DNA of 64,000 nt, from IMG/VR virus record IMGVR_UViG_3300030330_006692, positions 32,556 to 96,555 of that record; one strand, given 5' to 3'. Each line of letters begins with the position of its first letter. The stretch's first letter is position 1. Positions 39,701 through 50,300 of the stretch are shown here, piece after piece. The notes below the pieces were generated by a model. It did not search any database, had not been told where the DNA came from, and saw only the letters and a program-made list of their open reading frames with translations. This stretch comes from a virus. Its lineage: Duplodnaviria; Caudoviricetes. The position numbers were made by a program, and so were the translations under genes.

Positions 39701-42700
39701 AAGTTTTTCTGAGCCCCGGGGCGGTAGCCCTTCAACATCAAGAGTTTACGACATACACGGTAGAGATTATGGTTTAAATTCTCACCGCGCACGACATGCT
39801 GCTAAATTTGGTAGAGATTCATTAACGCCTCCAATCATTACGTATGATCTTGGCAAGAGCATGCGCATAAGCGCTCCCACTACATACACTTATAACTACT
39901 CGTCTGGGCTTCAAGCATGGTGGCGCCTGAACAAAAACGTATCAACTGCTGGAGTAGTGGAAGATAGCAGTGGCAATGGAAGAACAGGCTCTTTTGCAGC
40001 TGCCTCGAATAGACCCGCGTTTAGCTCTACTCTATTCCCAGGTAAATTTATTCAAACTGGAAGCTGTACGTTTGATGGCGGCGCCGGCGCGGACGACAGT
40101 ACCAGCGTAGGTTCAGCCGCTACCTGGGATGCAATTATCGGCAATGATACCGGAAATGGCTCCACTCAAAAAATGACACTTAGTGCTTGGATTAGACCTC
40201 TTAGTGACGGTGAGGGTAATTTTGGTAGAGTAATTGATTTTGGAGCACAAGATGTCGCCATATTTGTTGGCGGTGAATCAGGGGGTTCAGCATACTTATA
40301 TTATTCTGCAAAATTTACCGGCGGAACAGGTACCTGGAATACATCTTCTCGAGTGATAACACTAAATCAGTGGACGCATATAGCCGTAACATTTGATGCA
40401 TCGTCGGCATCTAACGATCCGATAATTTATATAAATGGAACAGCAGTTAATATATCCGAAAACGCTACTCCCAGCGGGAATTATGATGGTATCACTACGT
40501 CAACATGTCACATTGGTAATACCGCTAACGGAACTCGCACATTTGATGGACAAATAGTGGATGTGGCTGTATGGAACAATATCTTAAGCTCGGCTAATAT
40601 TCAGGCAATATATCAAGTTGCAAATGTGTCGTATGCTGAGTCTATTACGGGAACAACAATCTCTACACCTGGCGAGTCTTATGATCAACTTCCGGCAATG
40701 TTCAAGATAAACAGAAATAGAAAAGCGCTGATTAGGGGATACACAACTTCAGAAGTGTTCAACCGAAATAATATAACCAATGCTTTTGGATTACTTATGA
40801 GCGGTTCTTCAACAACTGGACAAAAAGGAAAGCTATACCACGGTACCGCATTTAAAGACAGCACTGGACAATCATGGACAGGTAAAAAGTTTACTCTGAG
40901 CGCTTGGGTTTACTTGGGCAAAGGCTTGGGTAACCAAGAGTCAATTTTAACATTAGGCGATAATGGACAAGCCACACACCGAGATCAAGCCCTTGGATGG
41001 CATCTGGATAACCAAGAACGTCCCGAGCTTTGGATTCAAACAAGCGTCGGAAATAAAGCCAAATGGCGCCAAACAACAGCATTAGTTACCGGCTCTTGGT
41101 ACCACTTGGCAGTTGTATACGATGGTGGATCGTCCGCAAATGTGCCAACATTCTACATGAATGGTGCTTCTCAATCGATGACATTGTATAATGGCTCAAT
41201 GACGAGTTCAATGGAAAGTATCAATGGCAGAGGGGCAGGAAAATCATTTATTGGCGCAAGTAATCGCAATAATATTACAATGATACCGTTTGTGTATGCA
41301 GCATTCGATGAAATTGCAATTTATGATGATACGTTTAGTTCCTCCGAAATATCTACTTTGTATTCTAGCGGAAAAATTTTAGATCTTACTGCATCATTTG
41401 CTCCAAAAACTTCATCTTTAGCGACATGGTTACGATTAGGCGATAATTCCGGCGATCCCACCACAAACGCTGTGATGACTCAAAGTTCTGGAGTTGGACC
41501 TATTTTTTACGATGCGAAAGGTAACAATAATTACCAAGTTGTCGCCGGCTCCACCGCGAATATTCAACTCTACATGATAAGTTCATCTTACGAAATTGCG
41601 CCTGTCTCCACAGCTAACATTCCTGGTGTGAGAGATTCAGTAGTGACATACAGCTCGTCAATGTACGATAATTTTAATGTTAGCCGACAAATTCCCAGAT
41701 CAGATAGGCAATACTTGTGGATATCAAACTCAGTAGTTGACGTTTCAAATACAAAATATGCTGGATTTCAATATTCACGTCCCGGACCTTCTGTAAATCT
41801 TGATACCCGCTTTGGTTTCCGCTCCTCTTCATCAGGAATGTTAAGTTATTGGGATTTTGTAAGTAGTTCAAGTGCCAAAACGGGAAGTTTTTTCCAACCC
41901 ACAAACAGACTAAACATCATTATAAACGATCCCGTTGATCGTACTGCTGGAACAATAGGAACTTTAGATGTCTCATCGTTAATAAACGACGATTTAGTAG
42001 GTAATACTCCAGCCACAGTTAATCCAGATTACTTAAATCAGTTATTGGCTGCCCGCGGCGCCAACTATGGCTGGGGATGGAACATGTTTTATCAAGGTGA
42101 CAACCCTGTCACACGTGCTCAAAAACAGAACAACAGTATTACATTTGTAGATAATACCTCAACGATGACGTCAGCAAGCTATAGACTGCCTCCATTGTCC
42201 CTAAAAGGAAGAAGATCAATGATAAATTACTCTTATTTCCCGGGCGGAGGCTCAAGGGAAGAGTCAAACACAACATTGAAAATTGGAAATACAAATCAAA
42301 AAATATTCTTTTCTGAAAGAGACTTTAATGAATACGCCAACATAAATCTAGATGCAATTTTCACACCCCTACATAGCGTTTTGGATGTTGTTCATACTAC
42401 AAATCCAAAGTATAATCTTAATTGGGTGCAATATACGCAAAATATTTTCCCATCAATGAGAAATGAATTTGTTAGCTCTTCTTCAAGAAGGCTTGATTTT
42501 GATAATAAATATTGGCGCACTATTCAAGCAGATAGAATAGCATTAGGAAACACTTTACCAAACTCCTTTAATATTCGCAATGTGGGTGGCAGTGAAAATT
42601 TGCTTATAAGTCAGAGTAGTTGGGTTCTAGATGCCCCAGTTAATTTCTTAACAAGAAGCTCAGTTCTAGTGCACACGGGCTCTGGCGATCTTAGGAAGTA

Positions 42701-45700
42701 TAACTGGCAGCATACCCAAGCTGGTGAACTCCAAAACACTTATTTTAAGTATATAACCGTCCCAGCAAATTTCTTAAAAGCCGGCGCCATGTACGCCAGA
42801 ACTCATGAACTGGATACAATGACATCTGTTGTTTCGCCACAAGGGCCGCGAATACCAGAGACTGGCTCAATAACACCAAGGGGCTCTGCATCCTTCGCTG
42901 CAGCAAAATCTTTGAAACAGCCATTTGGTGGCGAAGCAGTTTGGGAGGCAGGAACACAGGCAGGAGTTATTGGCAAAGGCTTGGGTGGACAAGTGTTTGC
43001 GTCCGCCTCGTCAGAGCCGTGGTTTGGAACGTATGATGAGTTTAATGATAATTTGAGATTAAAAGCAAAAGGGTTCGCGGTTATTCCAGAATTTAGGATG
43101 AGCGAGCAAGTAAACAGATACAGTAAATATGGCTACATGAATCCTACGGTTGACAATATGTTAGAGATCCCTGGAACTGTATTCTCAAGTACTACTGCGT
43201 CTTTCTATAAAGATTTTTCTAATACTGATTTCTTACAAGATTTCTTGGGAATTAAAGTTAAAACCCTAATGGATGCAAAAGAAATACGCCTATCGTGCAC
43301 CGGTGCCATTAAATATAATGCGTACGATGGTTTTTATCCAGCACAAAGAACCGTGAAATTGGTATCTCAATTCAGTTCTTCTTATGCTGAAAATTTGGCA
43401 GCTTGGACAGGTTTAGAGGGCGTTATTTCAGCAGCAAGCGACGGAGTTGGCTTCTTTTTAATTAAGGGATCTACGCAGTTAAAAAATCTTGCTGACGGTG
43501 TTTTTTCCCCCGGTATTTTATACAATTCAATTAAATCAGGAATAGCAGTCGATTATCCATTTATTCATGATCCATCAAAAAGATATACAGGTTCATTTGG
43601 TGGGAGTGCTACTCCGACAAATAATTATGCTCTCATAATAACTGGATCAAATCCTTCCGGCTCCAATAAGACGACTGGATATAATGGAGGGATGATATGG
43701 GATCGAAGAATGCCATTTGAGGCTATCATAAATCCAGAAGATCATTTACCTGGGTATAAATATTACTCTATGGAAAGCCATCCTTCAATGAGCTTGATCA
43801 ATTATACAGACATAGCAAATCAATACTTAGATGCATATGTAACTATGGAACCCGGCGGTGACAATGTTTATTCAATGATGGCGTCCAACTTTTTTGGGCA
43901 GGCAACCTCCTTTTTCTTAAAAGAGTCTGGCTTAACTAAACTAAAATCAAAAACGATCACAGATGATCTACAGTTTTCTGACGGTGAAGTTTACATGAGT
44001 AGAATCAAACTACGTCGCTCTCATAACGGTGCACGTACATATGATTTTGAATATGATTCTCGCGGACAGAAAGCTACAAATGGCGATAGAGCTTCAGTAA
44101 ATGTTACTGCAAATACATCTAGTGCGTGGGGTAGGTTTGGGGCTAGAGTGATAACTAGCGGCTCCTCTTACGAATTGCACGATAGTGTTTACCCAGTACC
44201 TCAAGATCCGAAAAGAAATCCAGGATTTTACGAAACATTTACCATGTACTCACGCCCAACTGCTTTTGGGCCATCATGCGCCGGGCGCCCAACGGGCTCT
44301 AATGCTGTAAGTGGGGCATTTAGATATGCTGCATTGGATAGCTTTGAGGGTTACAATCCAGCATTCACTCCGCCATATACCAATGGGGAGGCTTGGGCAG
44401 ATTTGATTTTCCGTCCAACAGCTGGAATATCTTATGATTTAGAAAGAATTTTGGCAGAGACTCAAGTTATTTGCTGGAGATTTGATGCAGGATACAAAGT
44501 TCAACAGCCTCCTTTTGATCGCGCGCGAGCCGAGTTTGATTTTTCAGGCATGTCGTCATCAATGGAATTAATTGAGGATTCTGAATACAAGATAACAACA
44601 ACTGATGGCTCATCACTGACATATGTGATGAAGTCGGGATCAACCGCAGGAACTTCAGGTAGCAGCGGAATAAGATTTAATTATATAGAACACGCTGCTG
44701 ATGGTCCAGATGCAACATTTGCGCTAACACAGCTTTCTGCTGCAATTAATAGTAATGCCGGACACAACGCAGGTACCCCAGGCTCTAAAATTATCTTAAA
44801 TAAAAACACGACACATGGAGTTTTACAGTTAACTCAGTCTCTTGCTGGTAGATTAGGGGAGTCAGAAATAGAACGTAATTTCAGGGCAAGAGTAAACGGA
44901 ATACGAACTTCCAGTTTCTTTAGCCGTGCACGCCCTGAACCGGCAATGCCGGCATTGATACCTGTTGAAAAGGCATTGTTATCAAATGGAACCGTGAGGC
45001 AGTCACCAAATGATGATTACACAATGCCATCAATTTATGATGGATATAGAATTAATGTTAACTCAATGCAACTTACATCAAGCTTAGAAATATTTGGTAT
45101 TGAAAGAATATTAGAACAAACAACAGGTAAATTTAATCAAATAGGTGAATCAATTAATAAAACTGTTGGTAAAAAATGGATCATTTCTCCAAAATGGGAA
45201 TGCCCAATGATGAATTTTTCCGATAAGGGGGTTCATCCAATTAAAAACGCAGCTGGAACGCTGACGTTACCGCAATACGCATCCGCATCTGTACCTCGTG
45301 GTATGTGGCATCAATTTGGTATCTTGCCAACTGATCCAAAAACAGGAGTGTTTATGGAAATTGGAATGATTCCGGAGGAATGGCTAAGAAATCATTATGA
45401 TGTCCGAATAAATCCCACAATATACAACAACTACGATCCTAAAAATTCTCAAAGCATATACAAAAAAGCAAAATCTTTAGCTAAATTATGTGGATTCGAT
45501 GGAACAAATTCTTCAGTTCGATTGGGAGAATTGAAAGAAAAAACTGTGATTAAAGAAGCAATTGTTGCTATTCCCTATGTTTTAGATGCACTGGGAGAAG
45601 CTGAATTTAATAAGTTAAGTATAAATTCTGATCAACGAAGAGATAGAAAAAAGTTAATTTCAATTCCGAAGGACAGGTTTAAGTCTGCTCTTAAGGAAAA

Positions 45701-46208
45701 TGAAGGCTCACTTGAGGGAGACAGTCTTGAAATTGCTGGAGCATCGATAAGAAAAATGGTAAAAGCAATGGAGCAATACGTATTACCCCCTCAGTTTGAT
45801 TTCTTAAATAATCCCGATATTGATCCTTTCGCAATGTATATATTTGAATTTAACTATGAGCTTGATAAAGATGATTTGTCATATATCTGGCAAAACATGG
45901 CTCCCCGAGATTATAAAAAATTAGAATTTCAAGCTGCATCAATTTCTCATAATTTGGGAGATGGTGAGCTTATTAATCACGAAGTTTTAGAAAATCAAAA
46001 CTTACGATGGATGGTTTTTAAAGTCAAGCAGCGTGCAAAGGATAATTACTATGATTTACTTCCTGATGTTGTTGGTGGCTCTACTAAACAAATTGATTTT
46101 CAAACCGGACAACGGGGAGAGTACCAGTTCGGATTCAACTGGCCGTATGATTACTTATCTTTTGTTGAACTAATTAAAATGGACGTGGATATATTACTCA
46201 AAAAGTAA
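33777..46208 (+). CDS. giant (4143 aa) baseplate/tail-fibre protein with several LamG (concanavalin A-like) domains
   Basis: Repeated LamG motifs (MTLAAWVY, WHHVAVTYD, IYVDG, DVAVWN; TLSAWIR, WTHIAVTFD; FTLSAWVY, WYHLAVVYD, DEIAIYD) and a baseplate-wedge-like IFKSKGTERSLRSLL segment. Confidence 0.85.
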   Translation: MSIKKLFEDANKTNTYLAQTNEKDAFEPIESERNLKQKKISQERYVPQIDYSNPENFVKYGSARLYYESAFNRILDYYPYDGSEAEITKFHNDNLDIEEYILEKKYPKSNGYIILAKDGYSVSSKQDDYGIPTTNEYIDLKGGPGTGSANSTLLKDLLPNPYTDSRKESNLYSTDIYSNSGLPSDYGKGSRESNLRANFDDGVTVEFWMKTGSIERRGGKTGRQVIFDSWNNESEHSNKYSRLTIELTGTTTSDGGVNKRPFIVTIQSGANQPRSVDTMQLLGAASLQENMGDWNHYALRLYNTGSKNKTLKTELYVNGRRSDSSSFACYSLTSSLGLELTQRNLTKPDWFLNNTKYRYSSADTLQGWWRLNSSTITTDSPEPDSSGNNRTGSISAAAEAPATSDLTPSRYIQNGSNTFGADAADGINIGSNPTWDAIIGNAAGSTRKMTLAAWVYKTGDGGGSPGFGRIMDFGYGDISLFSDPLDRVRFSVKWDASSVVWITGGNELPFNEWHHVAVTYDANDPNADPKIYVDGVLESSSLFSGTKGGTYSGIAGGTSRCMIGNRYSDSTGADRNWEGNLADVAVWNSILSEDEIKSLYAAGSYYQPFDGITELNSKNMVARIGALVTSPNSSSAPAGAGRLTGSLDEFRYWKAARNEKQIGQYWFDQVRGGANSDISNADLGVYYKFNEGITNNSSIDSVVLDYAGRATNGTWTGYSSGARNTGSAILSASTNARSALNNGNNWPTKEFKDPVVRASHPDVVSLKSELITSGTSYDYNNNASLFSLMPGWVQDEVADSENSDLYYITHIGATYLDKLHLQISQLPNLRHLNYVSSSNKPLPFSKHLPQSLGLYSPELFIDADILENFADRGSEQIFQDKLQETKNQIYQNLYNNMAHIFKSKGTERSLRSLLRCLNIDNGLYRINVNSNNEKYTLTNNLKQTLMKKKFLNFNSPENVGGVIYQKEESSSPTNLYRGYIKTNSTVLDDQVVKKSLYHGFTCESNIVFPSYVSSPNIPSFERDSSYNRISLFGIEQVNKDVTDSLDGTITHYIEDRNATFRVYAVRDGVGSKNAYFHLTSSRTDGNGISLSSSVFLDVYDNEPWNLSIRVKPIRKYRAGVIPAGTATVRYKVVFSGYNPKTPDDIDSFVVSQSVSQTIGEQYITGSRRVFVGADRNDLTGTLNYKSDVLVSSVAYWSKYMLDDDLKQHALDFENIGVSDRDRTLSPFDSGSVDITNKNALVLNWNFENVTTSDATGSFYTVDYSSGSSDLAMMASPGYVKNKGWNGYLSGFLYSGYGKGFANSSTEVVKEREINTYKFINPEHVVSSNMVQTFSDEDLLFSNLRKDEIVPNYVFSIEKSIYNAVSEQMLDFFAGAIDFHNLIGHPVHTYRHRYKEIDKLRQLFFERVQEVKQTEKFLNYYKWFDKAISTILSQFIPASAEFVDNMLNVVESHVLERNKYQNRLNIIDSNTFWRDFSSGISSMRFAGQTIPWEGGASATSLTSPPESPRNTNIGIKYWQTRAERSGDDITSGVAAIDAQREIYRKVIWSKPHGSSSLDKLFTVNGTQYNKTEFLRNNSSMTPDIRAYVDKASDAIYKWQIPEKDKTEIHGGVNFSRNKSLEYAYASVLPGGPVSLSGSGFVPLNVLVGLVRDSTELTKYTNVEWDSDFIRTREQVFKVQNARHWENGIGYKNTKSTFAFPFNVLSSSVEVRTGYNKDVIERVGRNLTITNLHNDAYGSMMEIPMQGPFTEEVVGGHQSRHISLNEGTDTQRNRAEAWRILLGTCTVVPSGAIGLVGPDYPPPTFNPKPGRPFNRIYPYPMHEKAYLYRDFIAKRPVNIKNINTKNSTNTKTLPGNFAHNYEVISSFGAFNNPRAFVEKQPTLPAQVSLTSDTTNVRTILNNHRREQNHFETIGEYSTSYLTGTTNKSIVVTRFAAPGGIEVETRGYQDFKSSEYSPYNSLAYRNLTVKKPSQGPSGSFSEPRGGSPSTSRVYDIHGRDYGLNSHRARHAAKFGRDSLTPPIITYDLGKSMRISAPTTYTYNYSSGLQAWWRLNKNVSTAGVVEDSSGNGRTGSFAAASNRPAFSSTLFPGKFIQTGSCTFDGGAGADDSTSVGSAATWDAIIGNDTGNGSTQKMTLSAWIRPLSDGEGNFGRVIDFGAQDVAIFVGGESGGSAYLYYSAKFTGGTGTWNTSSRVITLNQWTHIAVTFDASSASNDPIIYINGTAVNISENATPSGNYDGITTSTCHIGNTANGTRTFDGQIVDVAVWNNILSSANIQAIYQVANVSYAESITGTTISTPGESYDQLPAMFKINRNRKALIRGYTTSEVFNRNNITNAFGLLMSGSSTTGQKGKLYHGTAFKDSTGQSWTGKKFTLSAWVYLGKGLGNQESILTLGDNGQATHRDQALGWHLDNQERPELWIQTSVGNKAKWRQTTALVTGSWYHLAVVYDGGSSANVPTFYMNGASQSMTLYNGSMTSSMESINGRGAGKSFIGASNRNNITMIPFVYAAFDEIAIYDDTFSSSEISTLYSSGKILDLTASFAPKTSSLATWLRLGDNSGDPTTNAVMTQSSGVGPIFYDAKGNNNYQVVAGSTANIQLYMISSSYEIAPVSTANIPGVRDSVVTYSSSMYDNFNVSRQIPRSDRQYLWISNSVVDVSNTKYAGFQYSRPGPSVNLDTRFGFRSSSSGMLSYWDFVSSSSAKTGSFFQPTNRLNIIINDPVDRTAGTIGTLDVSSLINDDLVGNTPATVNPDYLNQLLAARGANYGWGWNMFYQGDNPVTRAQKQNNSITFVDNTSTMTSASYRLPPLSLKGRRSMINYSYFPGGGSREESNTTLKIGNTNQKIFFSERDFNEYANINLDAIFTPLHSVLDVVHTTNPKYNLNWVQYTQNIFPSMRNEFVSSSSRRLDFDNKYWRTIQADRIALGNTLPNSFNIRNVGGSENLLISQSSWVLDAPVNFLTRSSVLVHTGSGDLRKYNWQHTQAGELQNTYFKYITVPANFLKAGAMYARTHELDTMTSVVSPQGPRIPETGSITPRGSASFAAAKSLKQPFGGEAVWEAGTQAGVIGKGLGGQVFASASSEPWFGTYDEFNDNLRLKAKGFAVIPEFRMSEQVNRYSKYGYMNPTVDNMLEIPGTVFSSTTASFYKDFSNTDFLQDFLGIKVKTLMDAKEIRLSCTGAIKYNAYDGFYPAQRTVKLVSQFSSSYAENLAAWTGLEGVISAASDGVGFFLIKGSTQLKNLADGVFSPGILYNSIKSGIAVDYPFIHDPSKRYTGSFGGSATPTNNYALIITGSNPSGSNKTTGYNGGMIWDRRMPFEAIINPEDHLPGYKYYSMESHPSMSLINYTDIANQYLDAYVTMEPGGDNVYSMMASNFFGQATSFFLKESGLTKLKSKTITDDLQFSDGEVYMSRIKLRRSHNGARTYDFEYDSRGQKATNGDRASVNVTANTSSAWGRFGARVITSGSSYELHDSVYPVPQDPKRNPGFYETFTMYSRPTAFGPSCAGRPTGSNAVSGAFRYAALDSFEGYNPAFTPPYTNGEAWADLIFRPTAGISYDLERILAETQVICWRFDAGYKVQQPPFDRARAEFDFSGMSSSMELIEDSEYKITTTDGSSLTYVMKSGSTAGTSGSSGIRFNYIEHAADGPDATFALTQLSAAINSNAGHNAGTPGSKIILNKNTTHGVLQLTQSLAGRLGESEIERNFRARVNGIRTSSFFSRARPEPAMPALIPVEKALLSNGTVRQSPNDDYTMPSIYDGYRINVNSMQLTSSLEIFGIERILEQTTGKFNQIGESINKTVGKKWIISPKWECPMMNFSDKGVHPIKNAAGTLTLPQYASASVPRGMWHQFGILPTDPKTGVFMEIGMIPEEWLRNHYDVRINPTIYNNYDPKNSQSIYKKAKSLAKLCGFDGTNSSVRLGELKEKTVIKEAIVAIPYVLDALGEAEFNKLSINSDQRRDRKKLISIPKDRFKSALKENEGSLEGDSLEIAGASIRKMVKAMEQYVLPPQFDFLNNPDIDPFAMYIFEFNYELDKDDLSYIWQNMAPRDYKKLEFQAASISHNLGDGELINHEVLENQNLRWMVFKVKQRAKDNYYDLLPDVVGGSTKQIDFQTGQRGEYQFGFNWPYDYLSFVELIKMDVDILLKK

Positions 46209-46223
46209 TTAAATTTTATAAAA

Positions 46224-47348
46224 ATGGCAAAATTTTTAAATAAAAAGGAACAAGTAATTGATTTTCAATTAACTCCGTACGGCAGACAAAGATTGTCTGT
46301 GGGCTCCCTAAAGCCTGCGTACTATGCTTTTTTTGACGATGGAATTCTATATGATTCAGAATATGCAGGTATTTCAGAAAATCAAAATAAAATACACAAT
46401 AGAATAAAAGAATCACAATATTTAGAAGGACTGACAAGGTTCGAGGAAATTGAAACTTCAGAACCGCCCCCAACTTTACTGGAAATAACTGCAAAAGAAG
46501 CAGCAATTCATGCCGGCGACATAGATATATCTCCACCAAAAAAATTGGCTAATGTAAATAAATATGCTTTTGGTTCAGCGATAGGTTCTGCTCTTTTTGA
46601 TGGTAAAAATATACAAGCTGCGCCGGCTTGGAAAGTTGTTGCATGTCAAGGGAATATAGCAAAATCTAGCGTTATTGACACTTCAAATTATGATTTCACA
46701 AAGGCAGAGTTTGATCAAGAAGCATCAGAGTTTAATATCCCACAAATTGACATTACCTCTACCTATACAATAGAGGCATCGCCCCCTACGTCATATATTG
46801 ACAGAGATACGGTATCTGATATTGTTAGCGAAACAGCTGCTTTTGCTGACGGAAATGTCATAAAACTAGTTAGAAATGATGTTGTTTTGTATGTTGAAGA
46901 ACAAAACACCGAATTACTGACAGAAAACTTCGACATTGAGGTTTTTGAAATTCAGGATGTTGGTGTCGCCGACGGTTCAACAGAGGGTGTTCGAACACTT
47001 GAAAGAAAGTATTTTGAAAAAGAAGTCAAACAAATTGTTAATGACTTGATGGTACTTCCTAATCCGATGTCAAACAAAGAAAATTTAAAATTGTCAACTG
47101 ACGCAGTAGAATATTTTTTCGACATCTTAAAAGATTCAGAAATAGATGCTAAAATAGGCTGTAACTGTGCAAGTACATTTAATAGAGGTTCTTATTACAT
47201 TGATCTTGATTATGAATGTGACACAAAAGCTTCGATTGATGAAATATATTACGATATTTACGGCAGCGTCACTGTTCCCGAGCTATGTGATCCATACCTT
47301 TCTGCTGACAACACTGATCCGGAATCGTGCGAGGACGACGAAGAATGA
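46224..47348 (+). CDS. structural protein, paralog of 57637 and 58828
   Basis: Shared N-terminus LTPYGRQRLSVG....YAFFDDGILYD. Confidence 0.7.
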   Translation: MAKFLNKKEQVIDFQLTPYGRQRLSVGSLKPAYYAFFDDGILYDSEYAGISENQNKIHNRIKESQYLEGLTRFEEIETSEPPPTLLEITAKEAAIHAGDIDISPPKKLANVNKYAFGSAIGSALFDGKNIQAAPAWKVVACQGNIAKSSVIDTSNYDFTKAEFDQEASEFNIPQIDITSTYTIEASPPTSYIDRDTVSDIVSETAAFADGNVIKLVRNDVVLYVEEQNTELLTENFDIEVFEIQDVGVADGSTEGVRTLERKYFEKEVKQIVNDLMVLPNPMSNKENLKLSTDAVEYFFDILKDSEIDAKIGCNCASTFNRGSYYIDLDYECDTKASIDEIYYDIYGSVTVPELCDPYLSADNTDPESCEDDEE

Positions 47349-50300
47349 CAAAAATTAATCCACTACACATAGATCAAAGAAGGCTATTGGGAAAAAATTT
47401 ACCAACGCCTATTTTTGAAAAAATTATTTTAAATAATCCCGATCCTTCCGAAGCAAACCGGGGAGACTTGAGAATAGATCACAAAATTTCAATTTCGTTT
47501 ACTTTGCCCCCAGAGGGAAGACATGATGCACAATATCTAGAGGCAAAAGACATAGTTAAACACTATCTTGATGATTTATATTTGTATGTATACGTTTCCC
47601 CATTTTATAGTATAAACACTGCATTGGAGGAAAAAAGACTAAACATAAGAGATCTTTTCGCTGCGTACTCAGATAAAGAAATGACAAAACACAACTTTGT
47701 AGGTCCGGGATATGAAGGTACTGGTTTGGCATGGGATTTCCCAACACAGATATATCCTTATATTATAGAATATATGCAACAAATATTTCTTAACAAAACA
47801 GCCCCCTCGGGTGACAATTGGTTTGAAGATCTTTCGAAAGCCACGGATGACGACGGAACAATCTTGGGCTATGATAAAGAAACTGCTCGCACTATGTTAA
47901 ATAACCCATCATTTAATGCGATCGACGGCTTAGACTTTAATCCCATATTTAGAATATTTTGGGGTAAAAAAGGCATCTCAGGGCGATGGAACGGCAGTGA
48001 TGATGTTTATACCGGGACTGGCGGCGGCCGAGATGGCGGTGGGATGAAGGCATGGATGGATGAGAACGGCTACACTTTAAAAATATACGACGGTGATGTT
48101 GATGGATCCAGCTTCATGTACCACTATTTGGAATATACGTTATCGTTTCTTGTGCGCGGCGGCTACGATTCAAACGCCACTTATCGAAGAAAAATACCGC
48201 TAAAAGATCTTGTCGCTGAAGATAATGACTATGAATCAGTGCTTTCTAATGGCATAGAGTACACTAAAGAGGGAGATGAAATATTCAAAATATCAAATAT
48301 CTCTACTTTCACTTTATTTAATCTAACAGGCGACACCAGCGGCGAGCTGATTGATAGCTACACGTCGCGTTTGAGTTTTGTTGAAAAATTGTTCTCGATA
48401 GCTTTCGTAGGGGTTGACGTGGATACTTTGCAGGCAAAAACGCACCCCGAAGACTCGCGTTCAGAATCTTATGGGTGGGGAATTCCATACTACTCAGAAG
48501 ATTCTGAATATGCCGGTGTTTCTTTCGGCGGCTATGCAGCACAATATGATCTGATGCCGCGGCGCCCACTTGCAAATGCATATTTTGGAAATATAGTTTA
48601 TGAACATATAATGCAAAATTCAAAAGTAGTGGAAAGACCAGAAGAGGCATTCTACAGAGTTAGTGACAATGTTCAATACGATGAAGTGCCGCTCACTTCT
48701 TGGGACTTAAGATATTACGAGCAAAAGCCAGTTGGTAGGGCTCAAATTATTAATGCAATGCGTAATTTGATCAGCAATTATTCTGATCGTAGAGGCAGCG
48801 TCGGTTCCAAGCTCGACAACAACATTAGGGGCTTAGAATACATACTAGAAGTACACAAGGATTCAGCAGATCTGCTAATTAAATTTAGAAATTATATGGG
48901 AACATATTCAGACAAATCCCCAGCTACTCCATCTGGAACTTTTTACAGTAATTTTAAAACTATAGCCACTGATTTTGCGAAAGCTGTAATGAATCAGGAG
49001 AGAGTTACAAAAAGGCTATTTAGGAACGTAATTGTACAGGATAACAGAGCTTTTTCCGGCTTGCTCTCGGCAGGCCAGGGATATGTCGCACCAAGGACAT
49101 ACAATGAAGACGTGCAGTACCGATCCGGCACCGAAGATGAGCCATTCGGTGACTACATACCTCGAAACTGGACAAGATATCATAGTGCTGTATATTTCAA
49201 AAAAGGCGCCGATGGAACCGAGTGGAATAGAGAAGATTCAGAGTGGTGGCAAATATATTTGAGTTTTTTGGCTGCCTTTACTGGAATGCACGGTGAATAT
49301 TCATCCAGTACAACTGGTTTAGGTTATGATATTGATTTAAGAAAAAAATCTGCAGATTTAGAAGGATACGCCAGCGGCGATACAGATCGCCTCGAAAGCT
49401 ATCAATCTGCGTTTGCGATGGAGCTAGAAGGTTATGGCTGGCAAGAGATGAGCGAACTGGCAATAAAACAAGCAAATCTGTGGTTCCACAACAACATGGA
49501 ATATTCTATTTTAGGGCTTCACGATACTTATGATTCATTTGGTTTTGCCGGCGGCGGCTGGAGTAGTTACGATCATAAAGGTGATAGAGTAGTTATAAAT
49601 AAGGGACATTTCTTTTTTGATTGGGAAAAAGCTTTAGGTACCCAATCTGCATTGTCACAAGTCCTCAGTCCTGCTGCTATCGAAAGATTTTTAGGTTGGA
49701 AAATTCCTTACAAAAGATTTCCCGTTATTATTTCTTCAGTAGCTCGCTGTGGTGCATTCAATGAAACGGTGACAGGGAATCAATATATTGAGTGTCGGAT
49801 GGGCGCCAGGCCCGAATATAATGACTATACCACCGGGACGACATTCCATTACCCCAGATCAATATACTCTCTTTCAAATTGTACAGGAAAGCTTGGGTAT
49901 GTTGGCCATCAATATGCACACTGCAACTACCCGGGCGATGTCGGCGACTCCTCTGACGATCCGATTCTTTTCCAAACTTATCTTAAATTCATCAATTTTG
50001 ATGTGGTGAATGGAGACACGTTTACAGGAAAAAGAACTCTTCGTGACTATACCAAGTGGACTCCTGAATGGCCATTTAATCCAGTGCTCCTCGGCACGGG
50101 CGTTTGCGGTGATTACAGGCTAATGTGCTTTGAGTTTCAGGATATAATGGACGATAATTATGCTTACTTTAATTTTTATGTAGGGCACATGGACGATGAT
50201 GATAAGAATGACTATGAAAGCGACATTACGATACATCTTGAGTCTAAGAACACTGAAGGCGAACCATTTGCTCAATATAAATTTTATGTTGGCTGCTATG

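Noticed and set aside
34850-40620. Diversity-generating retroelement template/variable repeat pair
   Set aside because: The two LamG copies differ at all base types and by indels rather than only at adenines, and no reverse transcriptase is in the window.
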